Source of the DNA: Prorocentrum cordatum
Taxonomy: Eukaryota
Assembly: GCA_963575745.1 (NCBI GenBank)
Contig: CAUYUJ010000148.1
Span: forward strand, 496,001-560,000
Reading direction: 5' to 3'
Length of the DNA: 64,000 nucleotides
Below are positions 57,911 to 64,000 of this stretch, one piece after another (position 1 is the first letter of the stretch; each line of letters opens with the position of its first letter). The notes beneath the pieces were generated by a model. That model saw nothing but the letters and a program-made list of their open reading frames with translations, was not told the origin of the DNA and ran no database searches. The position numbers were made by a program, and so were the translations under genes.

Positions 57911-59439
57911 GGCACCGCGAACGCAGGAGAGAAAAAGGAGGAGAGGGCGGGCGGTGGATACCACAGTGCTCTATTCAAACCGAGTGCCCGACACAAGGAG
58001 GACGGATGCCTTCCAGGGGGCTCCTAGGATCGAGGGTCGAGGGACTGACTTCAGGGATTCTTTGAGCGGGTGCGGTGGTGCAGGTGGAGGGGTGCGAGCA
58101 CGGGGGCGGCAGCGCCTGGGGGCGTGAACGCTCCGAGTCACGCGCCGAAGCCGCAGGATGGTGGCGTAACAGTTCGAACGAGGAGTAAGAACCACCTCGT
58201 CTTCGGAAATACTGCTACTACAGCCGTGTCTCCCCCCCTGCTATTCCTCCTCGATCCTCATCATATTCCATCCCCTCCTGGTCCTCTTCCTCCTCCTCCT
58301 CCGAAATGCGGGTCGTGCGCAGAGCGATTGCGATGGCGATGTGCCGTCCGGGCTGTGGATGTCGAAGTTATTCGGGGTAGGCGGCGGCAAAACTTATTAG
58401 GCGGGGGGTCTGGGTGACAGAATATGGGACCCCGCATGCCAGAATAATCCCCCATGGTGGGCGTGGTATCCAAATGGGTGCATGTGACACGTGGAAGCAT
58501 GGCGAATGATAGCCAACGAATTGTTATCGTTGTTGGTGGTGTTGTCGTTGTTGGTGGTGTTGCTGTTGAATGTGAATTACCCCTCCCAGGCGCCCTCAGA
58601 CGCCCTGGCGTTCTCGCCTCGGTGGCGGCTGCGTTTACATTAAAAACGAAACTCACGCTCGGGCGGTCTGGGGGAGCGCCAAAACGGGACCCCAACAACA
58701 ACAACAACGATCCCGGTCGAGACGACCTCCATTTTTATTCAGGGCCTGTACTCTTGCTCGCCGCCGAAAGCAGCCGTCTCAACAAAACCAGCGCTCCCGC
58801 TCGAGACTTCCTCCCGTTTTGGCTTGGACTGGCGCGCTACTCTTTCTCTCATCGGCGCCGCCCCCAGCAACAACAACGCTCCCGCTCGGGACTTCCCCCC
58901 TGTATTACTCAAGGCGGTGCTCTTCATCGCCTCCGAATGCCGCCGTCCCAACAAAACCAACGCTCCCGCTCGAGACGTCGTTTTGTTTTACGCTGGACTA
59001 GCGCCCTACTCGATTCAGCATTGGCACCGCCCCCAGCAACAACAGCTGCCCTGCTCGAGGCTTCCCCCTTTACTATTCAGTGTCAGGTCCTTGCCTCCCC
59101 CATCCACACCAAGGCAAACCTGTCGCTCGATACTTCATCATGCCTTACCCTTGGCTGGGGCTCCACTGGCGGTCTCGCATCGGCGCAGCACGGCGCGGGC
59201 ATGCGTTCTCGAGGAAGGATATGCTAAAATTCCTCGGAGGAGGTGTTTGCAAGACCTCAGTGGGCGTGGGAACTGGGAATTTGAATAACGGACTCCGCTG
59301 TAGAACAATAGTCCCCCATGATGGGGATGGTTGTCAGCATGGTCGCATGCTTGGTGGAAACATCGCGCAGGAGGGTAAAATAATTGTGGTTGTTGTTGCT
59401 GCTGTTGAATACTCATTCCCAACAAATAATTATGGTTGA

Positions 59440-60150
59440 TCTCCAGAAACGGTTCTGGGCGCTCTCGCCTCAACGCCGGTGACATTTTCTCTGAAAACGA
59501 AGCTCCCCTCCCGGTCGAGCGTTGGCTTGACCCCAAAAATGGGCCCTTCGAGGCCCAGCTACGACAACAACGGCTCCCGCTCGATACTTCCTCACAGTTT
59601 ACCTCGAGACACCCTGGCCAGAGAGGCCCCCGAACTCAGGAACGGCGCTCTCGTTCGAGACTTCCTCGCAATTCAATCAAGTTCGCGGATGCCCAACCGC
59701 GACGACAAGGGCTCTTGCTCGATACTTCCTCGCGATCTACTCCGAGAGCCCCTGGCCAGAAAGAGGCCCCCGAACTCAGGAACGGCGCTCTCGCTCGAGA
59801 CTTCTTCGCACTTCAATCAAAATAGTGGAGGCCCACATGCGACGACAAGGGCTCTCGTTCGATACTTCCTCAAGATGTATTCGCAGAGGCCCTTGCCAGA
59901 GAGGCCCCCCAAATCAAGAGTGGCGCTCTCGCTCGAGACACCCTCGTCTTTCAGTCAATTCGGTGTGGGCCAAGCCGCGACGACAAGGGCTCACGTTCGT
60001 TACTTCCTCAAGCTGTGCTTCGAGAGCCCGTGGCCCAAGACTGCAATTCTGTAGCGGTGTCGGAGGCCGACCTGCGACGACAGGGGCTCCAGCTCGAAAC
60101 CCTTTAGTACTCTTACACGACCTGGCCAGAGAGGCCCCCAAACCACAAAA
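59440..60150. repeat. ~120-bp dispersed/tandem repeat (CCCTGGCCAGAGAGGCCCCCGAACTCAGGAACGGCGCTCTCGCTCGAGAC); also at 49910-50420 and 62045-62300
   Basis: Same core in three blocks of the 16-kb insertion. Confidence 0.8.
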
Positions 60151-60169
60151 AAAACAGCACGCTGCTCAT

Positions 60170-62050
60170 TGAGGCCTTCGGACACAGCCCACAAAAGGTC
60201 CAAGCGCGCCCACAGGGGCCCCAGCACGCTGCCCACTGATGCCTTCGGACACAGCCCACAAAGGTCCCGCTGCCACTGAGGCCGTAGCATGCTGCCCGCA
60301 GGCCCTCCGGCACAGCCCACAGAGGCCCCAAGCGCGCCCACAGAGGCTCCCCCGCGCTGCCCAAAGAGGCCCCAAGCACGCACAGAGAGGGCCCAGCGCG
60401 CTGCCCCCCGACACAGCCCACAGAGGCCCCAGCCCTCAGAGGCCCCAAGCGCGCCCACAGAGGCCCCAGCCCACAAAAGCCCTAAGCGCGCCCACAGAGG
60501 CGGCCGCGCGCTGCCCACTGAGGCTGTCGCCACAGCCCAGAGAGGCCCAAGCCCCCGCCCCAAGCGTGGAGGCCCTGGCGCGCTGCCCACAGAGGCCCCC
60601 CGTTCCCCCGCGGCCCCACGCGTGCCCACAGAGGCCCCGAGCGCACCCACAGAGGCCCCCGACGCGCTGCCCACTGAGGCCTCCCGTTCCACAGAGGCCC
60701 CACGAGCGCCCACACAGGCCCCGAGCGCGCCCACAGAAGCCCCCGCGCGCTGCCCACTGAGGCCCTCCGGCACAGCCCACAGAGGCTCCAAGCGCGTCCA
60801 CAGAGGCCCCAGCCCGCAGAGGCCCCGAGCGCGCCCACAGAGGACCCAGTGCGGTGCCCACTGAGGCCGCCGACACAGCCCACAGAGGCCCCGAACGTGC
60901 CCACAGAGGCCCCCGACGCGCTGCCCACTGAGGCCCCGACTACCTACAAAGGCCCCGCACGCGCCCACAAAGGCCCCAGCCTACAGAGGCGCCAAGCGCG
61001 CCAAGACCCCCGCGCGCTGCCCACTGAGGCCCTCCAGCACAGCCCACAGAGGCTCCAAGCGCGCCCACAGAGGCCCCAGCCCACAGAGGCCCCAAGCGCG
61101 CCCTCAGAGGCCCCAAGCGCGCTCTCAGAGGCTCCAGCGCGCTACCCACTGAGGCCCCAGCCCAGAGGCCCTAAGCCCCTCATCGTGCCCAGGGAAGCTC
61201 CAGCGCGCTGCCCACTGAGGCCCCCCGAAAACGCCCACCAAGGCCTCACGTGCGCCCACCGAAGCTCCAGCCCACAGAGTCGTCAAGCGAGCACACGGAG
61301 GCCCCCGACGCGCTGCCCACTGAGACCCCCGACACAGCCCACACAGGCCCCAAACCCGCCCACACAGGCCTTAGCCCGCAGAGGCCCCGAGCGCGCCCAC
61401 AGAGGCGCCAGCGCGCTGCCCACTGAGGCTCCCGAGGCAGCCCACAGGAGGCCCCAGCCCACAGAGGCTCCAAGCGCGCCCACTGAGGGCCCAGCGCGCT
61501 GCCCACTGAGGACCTCCGACACAGCCCACAGAGGCCCCAAGGGCGCCCACAGAGGCCCCAGCCCGCAGAGGCCCCGAGCGCGCCCTCAGAGGCCCCCGCG
61601 CGCTGCCCACTGAGGCGCCCGAAGCCGCCCACACAGGCCTTAGCCCGCAGAGGCCCCGAGCGCGCCCACAAAGGCGCCCGCGCGCTGCACACTGAGGCTC
61701 CCGAGGCAGCCACAGAGGCCCCAACCCGCAGAGGTCTCAAGCGCGCCCGCAGAGGCCCCAGCACGCTGCCCACTGAGGCCCTCCGGCACAGCCCACAGAG
61801 GTCCCAGCGCGCCCACAGAGGCCCCAAGCGCGCCCAAAGAGGCCCCCGCGCGCTGCCCACTGAGGCCCTCCGACACAGCCCACAGAGGCCCCGAGCGCGC
61901 CCACAGAGGCCCCAGCTCGCAGACGCCCCAAGCTCGCCCACAGAGGCCCCGACGCGCTGCACACTGAGGCCCCCGACGCAGCCCACTGAGGCCCCAGCCC
62001 TCAGAGGCCCCAAGCGCACCCACAGAGGCCCCAGCCCGCAGAGGCCCCAG
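60170..62050. repeat. Complex satellite built on GCCCACAGAGGCCCC / GCTGCCCACTGAGGC
   Basis: Direct inspection. Confidence 0.9.
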
Positions 62051-62499
62051 GAACGGCGCTCCCGCATTAAACTTCTTCGCAACTCAATCAAGTTCGCGGA
62101 TGCCCAGCCGCGACGACAAGGCTCCTGCTCGATTTCCTCGCAATTGACTCCGGGAGGCCCTGGCCAGAGAGGTTCCCGAACTCAGGAACAGCGCTCTCGC
62201 TGGAGACCTCTTGGCAACTCAGTCAAATTAGTGGGACGGCAGCCGCGATGGCAAGGGCTCCCGCTCGATGCTTCCTCGCGATTTGCTCCGAGAGGCCCTT
62301 TCTCGTGGTCCATCTTTCTCTTCCCCCATCCGTCCCCCCTTCCCATGTTTTAGGGGCTGCGCTAAATGTACGTGGCAGGTAAGGAAGATATACCCCCGAG
62401 GAAAATAAACCCCCGAAGTCGAGGGTTTGGGATATACGCGTTGCGTGGCACGTGATCGAACGAGAATAATCTTAAAATGATTGTTGTTGTTGTCGTCGT

Positions 62500-62790
62500 C
62501 CCCCGCGCGACCCACCCGCGACCCACCCCGCGCCCCACCCCGCGCCCCACCCCACGACCCACCCCGTGACCCACCCCGCGACCCACCCACGACCTAACCC
62601 GCGACCCACCCGCGACCCACCCCGCCACCCACCCGCGACCCACCCGCGACCCACCCCGCGACCCAACCGCGACCCACACCGCGACCACCCGCGACCCACC
62701 CGCGATCCACTTGCGACCCACCCACGACCCACCCCGCGACCCACCCGCGACCCACCCGCGACACACCCGCGACCCACCCGCGACCGATCC
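62500..62790. repeat. 11-12-bp minisatellite (GCGACCCACCC)n near the right end of the 16-kb insertion
   Basis: Direct inspection. Confidence 0.9.
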
Positions 62791-63047
62791 ACATTGGTTT
62801 GAAGAAAACATCGGCGCCTGCGGCGGGCTCGTTGCATAATTTGTGAAACTTTGGCGCCTGCGGCGGGCTTCTTCAGAGTCTCACAGCCTGCCGACGTTCC
62901 CACCGCCCACCCACTCTTATCCGCATCTACGGGGTGCTACATAGACGTTTCTCCTCTGAGGCTGGACCCGCCGGGGTAGGGCTCGCGAGGGGGCCGAAAA
63001 AATCACGAGCGGCGGCGGCAGGCAACCGCCCTGCGGCCCGCGAGGGC

Positions 63048-64000
63048 TCAGCGGGCGAAGCCGTCCTGGCCGTCCGCCTTCATCTCGGCGCCCGCGTACA
63101 CGTAGCCCGGAACGGTCGCGTAGACCACCTCGATGGGCGGCTCAACGGCGTCCGCCTTCCTCCCCAACTTCTCCAGGGCGAGCGCGGTGGACTTCGAGAA
63201 GCGCGGGTCGGCCACCTCGTCGTCGAGCAGGTCCATGATCTTGCCGAAATCCTTTCGAGCAGGGGCAGACCCTCCCTGCATTCCTAAAGACCTACCACGG
63301 AGTGATCTTAGAACTATAGAATGGTTGCAAGCGTGAACCCCAATCCGTGAGCTAGTGCAAGGTGGATGCGCAGCCTACGCGGTGCAACGTCGTATACTCT
63401 ATGCGGTGCGAGATACGTGGTACAAGATGTATGGTGAAGGCTATCGGGCGCAAACTACATGGCGTAAACTACGTGGTGCAAAACTATGTGTTGCAAGGCA
63501 CGGGATGCAACCCACGTGGTGCGATCTACGTGGTGAAAGCTACGTGGCGTATGCTATGAGGATGAAGCCATGTGGCGCAAGCCATGTGGCGCCTACGAGG
63601 CGCCCACGGCCGCCCACCAGGGGGAACCTCGCCACACCAAGCACGCGCACGTCGCGCCCACGAGGGGCCCACGGCCGCCCGCCAGCCGAAACCTCGAAAC
63701 ACCAGCCAGCGCACATGGCGCCCACGAGACTGCTCTTCGAACAAAAAGAAGTGTGCGCTTACAACATGAGACCGAGTGTCCCACACACGTATCACACTAT
63801 CAGCCAGGCGTGATCTCAGGACAGATTATGCCAATCAGTAGCGTGGTTCTGATACAATTTGTTGGTGGGTCTACTACAGGCGAACCAGGACGCTTCGTCA
63901 CTGCACGAGTCCTCCGTCAACACCTCCGCGCCGGCGATGGACTTCACCACCATGCCACCCGACACGCCAGCGGAGAACGCCTGGCCCTGAGGGTCCCCAG
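63048..64000 (-). CDS. Tandem array copy 7 (5' part beyond window); exon1 >64000-63912, intron 63911-63252 (660 bp), exon2 63251-63048
   Basis: Exon2 is intact (204 nt) and the visible exon1 end is in frame, with private synonymous changes (GTT, GAT, GGT, GCT, CCT). Confidence 0.8.

Larger units (their letters stand above)
46927..62941. mobile_element. ~16 kb composite insertion into the gene-array spacer
   Basis: The uninterrupted spacer reads GGCATCGGTAGACGTTTCTCC. Here GGCACCGGT ends at 46926 and TAGACGTTTCTCC resumes at 62942. At most one T is duplicated. Confidence 0.8.

Overview
GC-rich, repeat-saturated eukaryotic DNA. The features point to a peridinin dinoflagellate (inference): a head-to-tail tandem gene array, a GA-AG intron, and a bipartite plastid presequence with an FVxP-type motif. 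Most ORFs in the six-frame track are artefacts of microsatellites and high GC. (1) 0.3-19.2 kb: palindromic GAGCTCTAAC..GTTAGAGCTC satellite blocks interleaved with two copies of a zinc-finger-like/coiled-coil ORF, a GIY-YIG-like nuclease ORF, a long ORF ending in an S24/S26 (LexA/signal-peptidase-like) domain, a hAT-type DDE transposase broken only at a G9 homopolymer, and the C-terminal part of a PIF1/Helitron-type helicase. (2) 19.2-34.2 kb: MITE-like elements, microsatellites and a decayed minus-strand LINE (APE endonuclease, YADD reverse transcriptase). (3) 34.4-46.6 kb: six complete tandem copies of a two-exon gene for a 202-aa plastid-targeted PDZ-like protein; the exon differences I found are almost all synonymous. 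(4) A ~16 kb satellite-rich insertion that splits the array's spacer to within 1 nt and carries an ORF with tandem HTH-like repeats. After it a seventh gene copy resumes and runs off the window end. No rRNA, tRNA or CRISPR array was seen. All domain calls are by eye from motifs; no database searches were run.
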